From NCBI GenBank assembly GCA_009781445.1, contig WQYD01000001.1, positions 73,126 to 137,125 on the forward strand: a stretch of 64,000 bases of DNA, read 5' to 3'. The stretch comes from Bacillota bacterium. GTDB taxonomy: Bacteria > Bacillota > Clostridia > Christensenellales > DTU072. The notes beneath the pieces were generated by a model that was not told the DNA's origin, made no database searches, and was given only the letters and a program-made list of their open reading frames with translations. Position 1 is the stretch's first letter, and each line of letters starts with the position of its first letter. The position numbers and the translations under genes are program-made. Positions 37,329 to 48,300 of this stretch are shown here, one piece after another.

Positions 37329-37365
37329 AAAAGCCACCCTGTGAAATTTATAGGGTGGCTTTTTG
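37329..37365. terminator. Bidirectional hairpin terminator between potD and the toxin gene
   Basis: AGCCACCCT (37332-37340) pairs with AGGGTGGCT (37352-37360), flanked by an A-run and a T-run. Confidence 0.75.
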
Positions 37366-37390
37366 CTAACTTTTCGCAACTTTTCAACGA

Positions 37391-37663
37391 TTATTCGCCA
37401 AACAAGTCCGAATGCGTTCCCGTTCTTTCAAAAAACACCATATCTTGCGTTGCTTTGTAAATTAACAGCCAATCAGGTTCAATATGTAAATCCCTATAAC
37501 CCTTGTAGCTACCTTTTAGCGGGTGATCAAGATATTTTTTGTGTATCGGCTCACCTGCTTGCAAAATTAATATTACTTCTTTTAGCTTGCCCAAGTCCTT
37601 ACCGCGCTTGCTCATTTGCTTGTAGTCATGCTTAAAGGCAGAAGTATATACTGCTGTTTTCAT
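37391..37663 (-). CDS. yafQ: Type II toxin, YafQ/RelE-family mRNA interferase
   Basis: 90 aa. FKHDYKQMSKRGKDL...DHPLKGSYKGYRDLHIEPDWLLIYK...TGTHSDLF is the classic YafQ pattern. Confidence 0.85.
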   Translation of the reverse strand: MKTAVYTSAFKHDYKQMSKRGKDLGKLKEVILILQAGEPIHKKYLDHPLKGSYKGYRDLHIEPDWLLIYKATQDMVFFERTGTHSDLFGE

Positions 37664-37950
37664 TCGCTTGCACCGTCCTCTTCAAGCCATTTATCCATAT
37701 CTTCCACATTAAAAGTTTTAAGCGGAATTTTGCCCGAAATCATATCTTCGGTTTCCTCAATTGCAGATAAGGTAACGGCATTAGGATTTTTTGCTCTTAT
37801 TGTGAAAGGAATCTCACCGCGGTTAACAACCTGCGCAAAAAACATTGTAACAGCGTCCGATGTGGTAATTCCCATTTCGCCGAATAAAGTTTCAACCCTG
37901 TCTTTCAGTGTGGGTTCAATCCTTATGCTCATGAATTGACTTTTTGCCAT
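37660..37950 (-). CDS. dinJ: Type II antitoxin, DinJ/RelB family
   Basis: MSIRIEPTLKDRVETLFGEMGITTSDAVTMFFAQVV is a ribbon-helix-helix DinJ/RelB pattern. 4-nt overlap with the toxin gene. Confidence 0.85.
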   Translation of the reverse strand: MAKSQFMSIRIEPTLKDRVETLFGEMGITTSDAVTMFFAQVVNRGEIPFTIRAKNPNAVTLSAIEETEDMISGKIPLKTFNVEDMDKWLEEDGASE

Positions 37951-37975
37951 AAATGCACCTCATTTAAATAGTATT

Positions 37976-38006
37976 CACATTGTAACACATTTGATACACA
38001 TTGTAA
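37976..38006 (-). promoter_or_regulatory. Direct repeats upstream of dinJ, a candidate operator
   Basis: CACATTGTAA occurs at 37976-37985 and 37997-38006, a 21-bp period, 26 nt upstream of the dinJ start. Confidence 0.35.
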
Positions 38007-38165
38007 AGTAGTTTTGTAATTCTTTATTTAGTTTGCGCCAAAAAACATTCCGCCACCGCACCTCTTTGCTTGCGCCTTTTGGGTTGTAAATATTTAAAAG
38101 CTATGATATAATAATCGTATGTGCCGTTAAGGCATTAATATATATATTAAAAATGCGGAGTTAAC

Positions 38166-41156
38166 ATGGAACTAAAGGATAATTTAAAGTTTTACTTTTC
38201 AGGATTAACACAAAAGTTGCGCCCTGTGGAAAGCAGGATGTATCAAAAAATCGGCACGCTTAAAGCTGAATTTGCTTACACAGACGAGCCAGTGCTTTAT
38301 GAGGAAAGAGAATCGTTGAAATTTTCGCCCATAAAAGCAGGGGATAAATGGAGTACGAAGCAGTACGGTTGCGCGTGGTTTAGGTTTAGGGGGGTTATTC
38401 CCGAATGCGCCAAAGGGCAAAAAGTTGCTTTCTTAATCAGCCTTGGGGGCGAGGGGCTAACTTACGGCGATAACGGCATTCCTGTGCAGGGCGTTACTGA
38501 AAAATTAAGTTTTATGTCTGCATTCTCTTATTCAAAGGGCAAAAAACTTGTGGAATTTAAAAGCGAAGCAGACGGGGGCGAAGTTATAGATTTTTGGCTT
38601 GACGCTGGTTATAACCTCTTTTTAAAGCCCACCATTCCCGTACCGCCTGCAAGGTTGATTCAAGCGGATATCGTGATAGTTAATGACGAAATTAAGGCAC
38701 TTAATTATGATTTACTTGCGCTTTCATATTTTCAATTTGCTTTGCCAAAGGGCAGTGCAAGGAAACTAAGCGTGGCTTCGGCGATAAAATCCGCACTTTC
38801 AGTGGCAAAGCCTTACACGGCGGAAAGCGTGGCAAAAGCGCGCGCCATTCTTAAAGCGGAATATGAAAACGGCGAAGACAGCCCTTACACCGTGTTTGCC
38901 ACGGGGCATGCCCACCTTGATCTTGCTTGGCTTTGGCCAATCCGCGAAACAAGAAGAAAGGCAGTTAGAACTTTCACAAACGCGCTTAGAAACATTGAAA
39001 GATATGACGGCTTTGTTTTCGGTGCAAGCCAACCCCAACAATTTGAATGGATTGAGGAAGATCAACCCGAAATTTTTGAAGAATTAAAATCCGCAATAGC
39101 CTCAGGCGCGATTGAACCGCAGGGCGGAATGTGGGTTGAATGCGACACCAATGTATCGGGCGGTGAAGCACTTGTGCGCCAATTTATGTACGGCAAACGG
39201 TATTGGAAAGAAAAATTTAATAAAGATGTTACGATTTGCCACATACCCGATGTTTTCGGATATAACGGCAACCTTCCGCAAATCATGAAGAAAACAGGCG
39301 TAAACTATTTTATGACTTGCAAGCTATCATGGAACGAACATAATAAATTCCCTTACCACAGCTTTATTTGGCAGGGCATAGACGATTCTTCCGTTCTCGC
39401 CCACCTTCCCCCCGAAGGATATAACAGTGATCTTGATTCCCATGCGGTTCTTAAGGCACTCAATGAATATAAGGAAAAAGATGTTACGGATTGTTACACA
39501 ATTCTTTACGGCATGGGGGACGGTGGCGGTGGCCCAGGGGAAACTCACTTGGAATTTGCAAAGCGCGGTAATATTTTAAAGGGCGCGCCCAAAGTGGAAA
39601 TGGCACCCACCACGGAAACATTTAAGAGGCTTGAAAAGTTTAGGGATAAATTGAACGAATATAAAGGCGAACTTTATTTTGAAAAGCACCAAGGAACTTA
39701 CACCACGCAGGCAAAAACCAAGAATTTCAACAGGCGTCTTGAATTCATGCTTCATAACACGGAATTCCTTTTCGTTGCCACAGGTGCGGAATATCCCAAG
39801 GCGGAAATTGAAAAGATTTGGAAAGAAGTTTTGCTTTATCAATTCCACGATATTTTACCGGGATCTTCAATCGCGCGTGTTTACGAAGAAGCGGAAGCGC
39901 GTTATCAAAAACTTGAAAATGAGTTAACCGCGCTTCAAACCAAAGCACTTGCGGGCTTGGTTAAAGAAAATAACCTTACCGCAATAAATTTCACAAGCTA
40001 TAATGTAAATGAAATCGTGAATGTGAACGGCAAGCATTACACGGCAAGCCTAAAACCCTATTCCGCAGGCAAACTTCAAGAATTTGAGGGTGATTTAAAG
40101 GTGAAAGCAGGCGAAAACTTTATTGAAAATGAGTTTTTAATTGCAAAATTCGGCAAAAACGGCGAAATTGTAAGCCTTATTGAAAAAGAATCGGGCAAAG
40201 AGTTCGCAGGCGAATTTCTTAATAGCCTCAATGTTCATTATGATAAAAAACTTTTCTATAACGCATGGGACATTGATATCAATTACACGAAGTACGCACC
40301 TAAAAAGTTCAAACTCATTGATTTTGAGGTAGACGAAGTTAAGGGTGTGCGTAAAAACTTCTATTCGTATAACAAATCCGAAATCGTGCAAACGGTGGAA
40401 ATCGGGGCGGGCAAACCTTTCGTGGAATTTACCACCACAGTTAATTGGCAAGAAACCCACAAAATGCTTCGTGCGGAATTTAAGCCCGCAGTGTTCAGCG
40501 ATACCGTTTCCTGCGATATTCAATTCGGAAACTTAAAGCGTTCCACTAAGGACGAAACGAGTATTGAAAAAGCCCAATTTGAAATCTGCGCCCACAAATG
40601 GATTGATGTTTCGGATAACGGGTTCGGCGTTTCTGTGCTATCTGATTCCAAATACGGTTGGCGCGTTAAAAACGGCTTAATCTCATTAAACTTACTTCGT
40701 GGCACAATGCACCCTGCGGTTGATGCGGATAAAGGCGTGCAAACTTTCCGTTACGCGGTTTACCCCCACAAGGGCGGATTCAACGAGGCGGAAACCGCAA
40801 GGCATTCCTACCTATTTAATAATCCGCTTTTAATTTCTGAAAACGGTGCAGAGTTTAGTTCGGTTGCGTCCACAGACAAAACTAATATCTCAATAGAAAC
40901 AATTAAGCCCGCCGAAAGCGGAAAAGGCATTGTGATAAGGCTTTACGAGGACGCAGGTATCAAAACCGAAACGGCACTCACAGTTCTAAAGCAGTACACA
41001 AATGCGCAGGAAACGGATATGCTTGAAAATGTAATCGGCAAGTGCGATATTAAGAAGCTAAGTTTTGAACCTTATGAAATTAAAACAATTCTTCTTACGG
41101 CAGGGGGCAAACAGCAAGCACCTGCCACCGAAGCGAGCGCGACTGAAACGGAATAA
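38166..41156 (+). CDS. Glycoside hydrolase family 38 alpha-mannosidase
   Basis: GHAHLDLAWLWP, the GH38 N-terminal metal site, plus FHDILPGSSI, in a ~1,000-aa cytoplasmic-type architecture. Confidence 0.85.
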   Translation: MELKDNLKFYFSGLTQKLRPVESRMYQKIGTLKAEFAYTDEPVLYEERESLKFSPIKAGDKWSTKQYGCAWFRFRGVIPECAKGQKVAFLISLGGEGLTYGDNGIPVQGVTEKLSFMSAFSYSKGKKLVEFKSEADGGEVIDFWLDAGYNLFLKPTIPVPPARLIQADIVIVNDEIKALNYDLLALSYFQFALPKGSARKLSVASAIKSALSVAKPYTAESVAKARAILKAEYENGEDSPYTVFATGHAHLDLAWLWPIRETRRKAVRTFTNALRNIERYDGFVFGASQPQQFEWIEEDQPEIFEELKSAIASGAIEPQGGMWVECDTNVSGGEALVRQFMYGKRYWKEKFNKDVTICHIPDVFGYNGNLPQIMKKTGVNYFMTCKLSWNEHNKFPYHSFIWQGIDDSSVLAHLPPEGYNSDLDSHAVLKALNEYKEKDVTDCYTILYGMGDGGGGPGETHLEFAKRGNILKGAPKVEMAPTTETFKRLEKFRDKLNEYKGELYFEKHQGTYTTQAKTKNFNRRLEFMLHNTEFLFVATGAEYPKAEIEKIWKEVLLYQFHDILPGSSIARVYEEAEARYQKLENELTALQTKALAGLVKENNLTAINFTSYNVNEIVNVNGKHYTASLKPYSAGKLQEFEGDLKVKAGENFIENEFLIAKFGKNGEIVSLIEKESGKEFAGEFLNSLNVHYDKKLFYNAWDIDINYTKYAPKKFKLIDFEVDEVKGVRKNFYSYNKSEIVQTVEIGAGKPFVEFTTTVNWQETHKMLRAEFKPAVFSDTVSCDIQFGNLKRSTKDETSIEKAQFEICAHKWIDVSDNGFGVSVLSDSKYGWRVKNGLISLNLLRGTMHPAVDADKGVQTFRYAVYPHKGGFNEAETARHSYLFNNPLLISENGAEFSSVASTDKTNISIETIKPAESGKGIVIRLYEDAGIKTETALTVLKQYTNAQETDMLENVIGKCDIKKLSFEPYEIKTILLTAGGKQQAPATEASATETE

Positions 41157-41178
41157 GTCTATAAACGCGGGGTAGATT

Positions 41179-41670
41179 ATGATATTAAAAATTAAAAGAG
41201 ATTTACACAGTTTAAAAGAAGAGGCTTTTCCTGTGCAGAATGCAGAGGGGGATATTGTTGCCGTTCTTGTGCCTGTTACGCAAGGGTATTATATAACCAA
41301 CCGCGTGGGGGAACAAATAGCGCAAATAACCTTTTACGATAAAAACGCAAAACTTTGCATAGCTAACACCACAGGGAAGGACATAACTACCACAAGCATT
41401 GCAAGCCTTGGAAATAATAGATTCGGATTTAAGGATTCAGTTTCCGAACAGGATAAATCCTTTGCCTTAGATATCCCCAAAAGGTTTTTAGACGAACTTT
41501 CTTTTTGGGGTGATCCCTTAGTACCGTCTTATGACATTTATTCGGATAAAACCGTTTCCGCTTCCGTAACGGCAAGCGAAGGCGACACAATATCAATAAA
41601 AATCGCCCGCGATGCTAACTTTTTAAGAATGTTAATGATTGTGTTGGCAGTTGATTATTTTAGGGCATAG
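41179..41670 (+). CDS. Small protein, possibly tubby C-terminal-like (LURP-one/YxjI-type)
   Basis: 163 aa with an alternating beta-strand pattern and a hydrophobic C-terminal helix (FLRMLMIVLAVDYF). The assignment is weak. The stop codon TAG lies inside a GGGCATA array. Confidence 0.35.
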   Translation: MILKIKRDLHSLKEEAFPVQNAEGDIVAVLVPVTQGYYITNRVGEQIAQITFYDKNAKLCIANTTGKDITTTSIASLGNNRFGFKDSVSEQDKSFALDIPKRFLDELSFWGDPLVPSYDIYSDKTVSASVTASEGDTISIKIARDANFLRMLMIVLAVDYFRA

Positions 41671-41862
41671 GGCATAGGCCATAGGGCATAGGTAAAAATA
41701 AAAACACCTCTCTGTGTCTGAGGGGTGTTTTTGTTAGAAGAGAGTTAAAAATTAAGAATAAAAGGTGAAAAGTTATGGAATCTAAAATCTTACTCAAGAA
41801 AAATGCATAACAAAATAATTCCACCCCTATGCCCTATGCCCTATGCCCTATGCCCTATGGCC
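41662..41862 (+). repeat. Palindromic heptamer-array element, copy E (degenerate core, embedded terminator-like hairpin)
   Basis: Left arm (GGGCATA)x4 at 41662-41692, hairpin at about 41704-41729 plus T-run, degenerate core TATGGAATCTAAAATCT (41774-41790), AATTCCACCC plus (CTATGCC)x5 to 41862. Confidence 0.85.
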
Positions 41863-42417
41863 TCAATTAAGCGTGCGCATAAGCAAATCAATATCTTTAT
41901 TCGCAATATAATCAATCAGCGCGTCCGCAAGTTTTGTTAGCACGGGCGCGTAGTTTTCCATGTCGTCTTTTGGTATCGGGCTTAGCACGAAATCTTTTTT
42001 GGGTGAGGCGGAATCGCCCATTCCTATGCGTATTCGTTTAATACTTTCCGTGCCAAGGACGGAAACCACGCTTTTCATGCCGTTGTGCGTGCCACCGCTT
42101 CCAAATGCCCTTGCACGCAGTGTAAAGCGGGGAATCTCAAAATCGTCATAAAGTACGAAAATATCGTCTGGGGTTGCGCCGTACTTGGCGCATAGGCTTT
42201 TAACCGCATTTCCCGATAAATTCATAAAGGTTGTGGGCTTTGCAATCACAATTTTTTCACCGTTTCGCTGAAGCACAGTAACAAGTGATTGGCAATCGTA
42301 CTTCTTAATCTCTTTATTTAGCTTTTTTGCAAGCAAATCCACGGCAAGAAAGCCAAGGTTATGAAAGGTGTTTTCGTATAATTTTCCGGGGTTACCAAGC
42401 CCCACTATTAGTACCAT
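41863..42417 (-). CDS. pth: Peptidyl-tRNA hydrolase
   Basis: LIVGLGNPG..Y..T.HN.GF and GTHNGMKS motifs. Confidence 0.95.
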   Translation of the reverse strand: MVLIVGLGNPGKLYENTFHNLGFLAVDLLAKKLNKEIKKYDCQSLVTVLQRNGEKIVIAKPTTFMNLSGNAVKSLCAKYGATPDDIFVLYDDFEIPRFTLRARAFGSGGTHNGMKSVVSVLGTESIKRIRIGMGDSASPKKDFVLSPIPKDDMENYAPVLTKLADALIDYIANKDIDLLMRTLN

Positions 42418-42425
42418 AATTCCCC

Positions 42426-42911
42426 TTATTTGGTAGCTATAGCTACCGATTTAGTGCTTTTTCGTTTCGCTTTAAAGAAATCGGAAAGCACTAAAGCACA
42501 CTCATTTTCTAAAATTCCGCCCGTAGCCTCAACCTTGTGGTTAAATTTAAATTCGCCTTCGTTAAAAAGGTTTAGCACCGAACCGCACGCGCCTGATTTA
42601 GGTTCATACGCACCAAAAAACACACGGCTTACCCTTGCGTTTATCATTGCGCCCGCGCACATTGGGCAGGGTTCTAAAGTAACATATAAATCGCAATCTT
42701 CCAACCACCAATTTTTAAGTTTTTTGCTTGCTTTTGATATTGCTTCAATCTCTGCATGGCGCGTGGCATTGTTTGTTTTTTCCTTGCGGTTATGGGCTTT
42801 TGCAATTATTTTATCACCTTTTACCACTACACAACCCACGGGAACTTCGCCCTTTTTAGAGGCTTTTTTGGCAAGTTTTAGCGCAATTTGCATATAATCT
42901 TCAGGTTTCAT
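42426..42911 (-). CDS. tadA: tRNA-specific adenosine deaminase
   Basis: HAEIEAI and PCPMCAGA zinc motifs. About 160 aa. Confidence 0.9.
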   Translation of the reverse strand: MKPEDYMQIALKLAKKASKKGEVPVGCVVVKGDKIIAKAHNRKEKTNNATRHAEIEAISKASKKLKNWWLEDCDLYVTLEPCPMCAGAMINARVSRVFFGAYEPKSGACGSVLNLFNEGEFKFNHKVEATGGILENECALVLSDFFKAKRKSTKSVAIATK

Positions 42912-42926
42912 AGCTATTTACAATTA

Positions 42927-42974
42927 TCGTTTCACTTTTATCGTTTCATGTTTATCGTTTCATGTTTCTCGTTT
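42927..42974 (-). repeat. Degenerate GAAACGA-type heptamer array (copy F) overlapping the 3' end of the peptidase gene
   Basis: TCGTTTCACTTTTATCGTTTCATGTTTATCGTTTCATGTTTCTCGTTT. It encodes the last ~10 residues (NEKHETINMKR) and the stop of the CDS. Confidence 0.7.
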
Positions 42975-43789
42975 AACAGGTTGCAAAGCAAATCCCAAGA
43001 ACCTTTATGCGCGTTATATATCGGTTCAAGTTCGCTTTCTTCTATAGGGTGGGGCAGTAAATCACTGCCCACTTCCACGGTTAGCCCCAAGCGGTTAGTT
43101 TCCTGCACAAAGTAGTCCTTTAATCCGCCTGCCGAATTCGGCGTTTCTTTGGGGGTATAACCCAAGTAATTTGCAAAGGTTTTTGCCTTATTTTCGTGCT
43201 TTTCATGGCTTCTAAAGCCGTAATAAACCTCTTCGCCTTTGCTGTGGTAAGCTACAACCGCGTCATAATTTCCGTGGCGCATAAGCCTCACAACGGCGCG
43301 CGTTTCAGGTTCGGACTCAGGGCATTTCCCCACGAATCCGCTTGGCGCAGGGTAAGCAAGATTTCCCTCACCCTCGCCCCAACCTGCGTTAAAATTAAGG
43401 TTAATATCCACCGCATTTATATTCGCTTTCCAAAGCGAAAAGTTACTGCTTTTGTTAATTTCTCTAAGGAAATTTTTGCGTTTTTCACAGATAGGAACGC
43501 CGTTTAAGCCGTTTCTACTAAGCATAACCCCGTCTATATTAAGCATAGGCACAAGGTGCAACGATAGGCTACCACCGTACTTATTATAATCCTTAAACAG
43601 CTTTAAAGCAAGCGGTGCGGTAATAAATTCACGCGCGTGAACCGCCCCCACAATCAGCACCCTTCGCGCGCACGGTGCGGGGGCATACGAAAGCATTGGG
43701 ATAGGGAAGTTAAGAACGGTTTTGCCGATAATTTTCGGCACGGAAATAGAGTGAAGGCTTTTAATGAAATCGCGGTAAATGAAGGGCAT
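42938..43789 (-). CDS. M14-family zinc carboxypeptidase (gamma-D-glutamyl-meso-DAP peptidase-like)
   Basis: VGAVHAREFIT (HxxE), AVVAYHSKGE and LTVEVG motifs. I prefer ATG 43789 (MPFIYRDF). The longer ORF to 43849 reads through the CAGCGCA array (MCAVRCAL). Confidence 0.7.
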   Translation of the reverse strand: MPFIYRDFIKSLHSISVPKIIGKTVLNFPIPMLSYAPAPCARRVLIVGAVHAREFITAPLALKLFKDYNKYGGSLSLHLVPMLNIDGVMLSRNGLNGVPICEKRKNFLREINKSSNFSLWKANINAVDINLNFNAGWGEGEGNLAYPAPSGFVGKCPESEPETRAVVRLMRHGNYDAVVAYHSKGEEVYYGFRSHEKHENKAKTFANYLGYTPKETPNSAGGLKDYFVQETNRLGLTVEVGSDLLPHPIEESELEPIYNAHKGSWDLLCNLLNEKHETINMKR

Positions 43790-43825
43790 TAAATAGTATA
43801 TGCGGGAAAAACATGAAGTGTTTTT

Positions 43826-43968
43826 CAGCGCACAGCGCACAGCGCACAATGGTGGATTCTAAATATCATTATTAGTTATTTAATCCATAATTCGTACTTT
43901 GTACTTTGTACTTCGTACTTAATAAATAATTCCTTCATTGTGCGCTGTGCGTTGTGCGCTGTGCGCTG
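43826..43968 (+). repeat. Palindromic heptamer-array element, copy G
   Basis: (CAGCGCA)x3 at 43826-43848, core 43851-43892, (CGTACTT)-type array, AATAATTCCTTCAT, then (TGTGCGC)x4 to 43968. Near-identical to copy B. Confidence 0.9.
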
Positions 43969-43972
43969 AAAA

Positions 43973-45046
<1,074 letters not shown>

Positions 45047-45222
45047 AAATTGTTTTCCAAAAGTAATCTTTGCCCCTGCTAAGAAGCATTAGGATATATC
45101 TACAGTACAACAATTTTTTGGGTTCGTCAACCCCCAAAAGCACAAATATGAGGTTTACTGCATATGTTAATACCCTTTTTGGGCAGTAAACGAAAAAACT
45201 TTTTCCAGTTTTAAAAAAGATA

Positions 45223-45251
45223 TTGACAAATTTTACAAGGGAACGTATGAT
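45223..45251 (+). promoter_or_regulatory. Candidate sigma-70-type promoter for the 45383-59199 operon
   Basis: TTGACA (45223-45228), 17-nt spacer, TATGAT (45246-45251). A leader of about 125 nt with GC-rich palindromic segments follows. Confidence 0.55.
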
Positions 45252-45382
45252 TTATAGTATCTTTACTAATACATATTGGCGCGATATCATTTAGCCTCAC
45301 ATATGCGCGCGTCATTATGTTTTTGGGCGGGATACCACATAAGTTCGCAGTGCGCCATGCACGGCGGGGGGAGATTTATATT

Positions 45383-48300
45383 ATGAAGAAAAGCGTTTCA
45401 TTTTCAAAAGTAGCAAAGGTTTTGGTTTTTGCACTTCTTGCTTTAATGATACTTGGTTTATGTTTGGCACAAGCCTTCAGCCCAGCAGGCGCAATGACGG
45501 CAAACGCCTCAACACCCGATGCCGTGTTCCGCTTGCAAGCAGACAGCACATTTACCCTTGGTTCAGGGGATTTTGTTCTTGAAGTTTGGATTGATAACAC
45601 CAGCCCCATAGGGTTCAGCATATTTCAGCTTGCCTTAAACTTTGACACTACAGTACTTACTCATGTAAGTACGGTAATGAACACCACTCTCTGCTGGTGT
45701 ACCAACCCAGATACCTGCGAGGAACTTGAGCATTCCGATCTCTATAAGCCCGCTATAGCCGGAGCTAATCAGGGGGAAGGGGATAACCCCGAAGACGGAT
45801 ATCTCTTGTTCGGTATGACTGGCCTAGGTTCTTCCAGCAGGATGGATATTCTCGCAGGCGGCGGCTCGGTTATGATTGCCACCATAACATTCACGGTTAA
45901 TCCAAGTGTAACCCACGGTTCGCAGGTTACAATTTGGGCAGGGACAACAGAACACATACCCGACAATAACTTTATAGAGCGTGCGCCCACAACGAGGTAT
46001 GAGCCAATGAGCCACACACACTTCAGTAACAAAGAAGGTCACGAAGTTGCCCCGCTTACCGTAACTTTTGAAGACGGTTCACCTGCGCTTGATAATCTTG
46101 CAGGCAGTGTAAGCATTTCGGGTACTACCGCATTCGGTGCAACCTTAACAGCAATAACAACCGCACTTGTATCCGATCCCGCAGGCACAACGCCCGAAGG
46201 CTTTACTTATCAATGGAATAGAGGCGCAAACCCCATTACGGGCGCAACGCAATCCACATATGTTCCCACACTTCAAGATATAGGTCAACAATTAACCGTT
46301 TCTGTTCAGGCGTCTAACCTCACGGGAACAGTTACTTCCGCCCCAACCACCGTTGTTACAAAGGCTGAACCTATTATTAGTTGGCCCACAAATCTAACTG
46401 CGAACTTCGGGCAAATGCTTTCAAATGTTTCCTTACCCGGTAACGGCACAAGTTCTATTTTAGGAAGCTTTTCGTGGGTACTAACCCCCGGCACCACAAG
46501 CGTGGGCAATGCAGGTTCACCCACATTTGAATTGAGGTTTACGCCCGATGCAACATTTTTGGCAACTTACGAAACAATCACAGAATTTGTAACCGTTACC
46601 GTTAACAAAATCAACGGCACAGGCACACCCACAGCAAACCTTGCAGGTTGGACACTTCCTGCCACAGGCGGTTCGCCTTCAGTTTCGGTTCAACGCTCAC
46701 CCGAACAAACTTCTGCAACCGCAATTTTTGAATATCAACTTAACGGCGCAGGTGCTTGGGTAAGCGTGCAACCTTCAACCGCAGGCACTCACAGCGTTAG
46801 GGCAAGGTGGGAAGAATCCACAAATTATCTTGCACACGAAACCGCAGTTGCCTCTTTCACAATTTTAGCACAGCCCGCTATCAGCGGTGTTCCCACAATT
46901 TCGGGAACGCATACTTTCCTTCAGACTTTAACAGCAAACACAACTGCGCTTGTATCAAGCCCCGCAGGCACACCACTCGGCACGCTTTCATATCAATGGC
47001 TTCGTGGCGGTGTTGAAATAGACGGCGCAATATCTTCCACATATGTTATTAATAACGCGCAGGACGCGGGCGCGATAATTAATGTAAGGGTAACCGCGTC
47101 AAACCTTACAGGCAGTGTTACTTCTGCAAACGCAACCGCGGTTGCAAAAGCTACCCCTACGCCCGCATGGCCTTCAGGCTTAACGGCAACTTTCGGGCAA
47201 ACTCTTGCTAATGTAAATTTACCTACAGTTGCAGGCGGAACTTTTAGCTGGACAAGTGGCACAGGTACTTCTGTGGGCGCGGTAGGCGCGCAAAGCCACA
47301 ATGTAACCTTTACCCCTGAGAACACAACCACACATGAAATTGTTTCTCAAAATGTTACCGTGACGGTTTCCGCTATAAGCATAGCAAACGCGGTTCTTGA
47401 TATTGATGCCCCCGTTGGCGGTGAAACCCCGTCCACGGTTGTTACTGCAACGCCTATTACGCCCGTGGGCTTTACTATCGGCACTGTTGTATGGACGCCT
47501 ACGCACGGCACTTTTATCGGCGGTACTGCTTACACGGTAACCATAACGCTTACGGCAGAACCTAATTACATTTTCCCCGCAGGCTTCTCAGCCACAATTT
47601 CGGGTTCTTCAGCCACAGTTAGCGGCGCACCTGGCGCAAGCGTAACCGTATCTCGCACATTTGCACCCACAGGCGCGCCCGAACTTAGCGGAACAGTTAC
47701 CATAAGCGGTAACGAAGTTTTCGGTCAAACTTTAACCGCAAACACAAGCGCACTCGTTTCTGATCCCGAAGGCACGGCACTCGGCACACTTACATATCAA
47801 TGGCTAAGAAACGGCTCGCTTATCGGCGGCGCAAACAATGCAACATATGTTCTCGGTGCTTTAGATGTGGGGCAAGCCATATCCGTAAGAGTTTATTCGG
47901 CTAATTGTGACGGCGAGGTTACTTCAGCCCCCACAGGCGCAATTGATAAGGCTGCGGGCGCGGTTGTGATTCTTCCTGCCGTTACCATACGCACTGCAAC
48001 ACGAATAGCATTCGCTTCTCTGCCAATTGCCCCCACAGGGCAAACCGTTGAAGTTGGGTATAACTTAACAAACACACCCCCTGCGTCAAATAGTTCAGTT
48101 TGGCAAGCAAACCGTGACTTTCAAACAGGGTTAGATCCAAACACAACTTATTACTTCTTTATCCGTTCGGCTGAAAGCGCAACCCACCATGAGTATGTAT
48201 CAAGCGGGGTAGCAGAAGCCACGGCAAAAGCAACGCTTACAGGCGTACCCACAATAACAGGAACGCCTACTTTTGGTAACACTTTAACCGCAGGCGCAGG

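Noticed and set aside
42430-42897. 155-aa plus-strand ORF opposite tadA. Other antisense ORFs occur inside glmM (16631-17047, 17294-17674), potC (34576-34977), the GH38 gene (40137-40523), lysS (63349-63720) and the giant genes
   Set aside because: Each lies entirely within a CDS that has strong family motifs on the other strand. None shows motifs or translation signals.
43790-43849. N-terminal extensions of the M14 peptidase (to 43849) and the decarboxylase (63066-63122) given in the ORF track
   Set aside because: The extra residues (MCAVRCAL..., MIFRIQPCILQPATCTLIN) are translations of element arrays or core. Internal ATGs give N-termini typical of the families. Neither alternative has a clear SD, so this remains uncertain.
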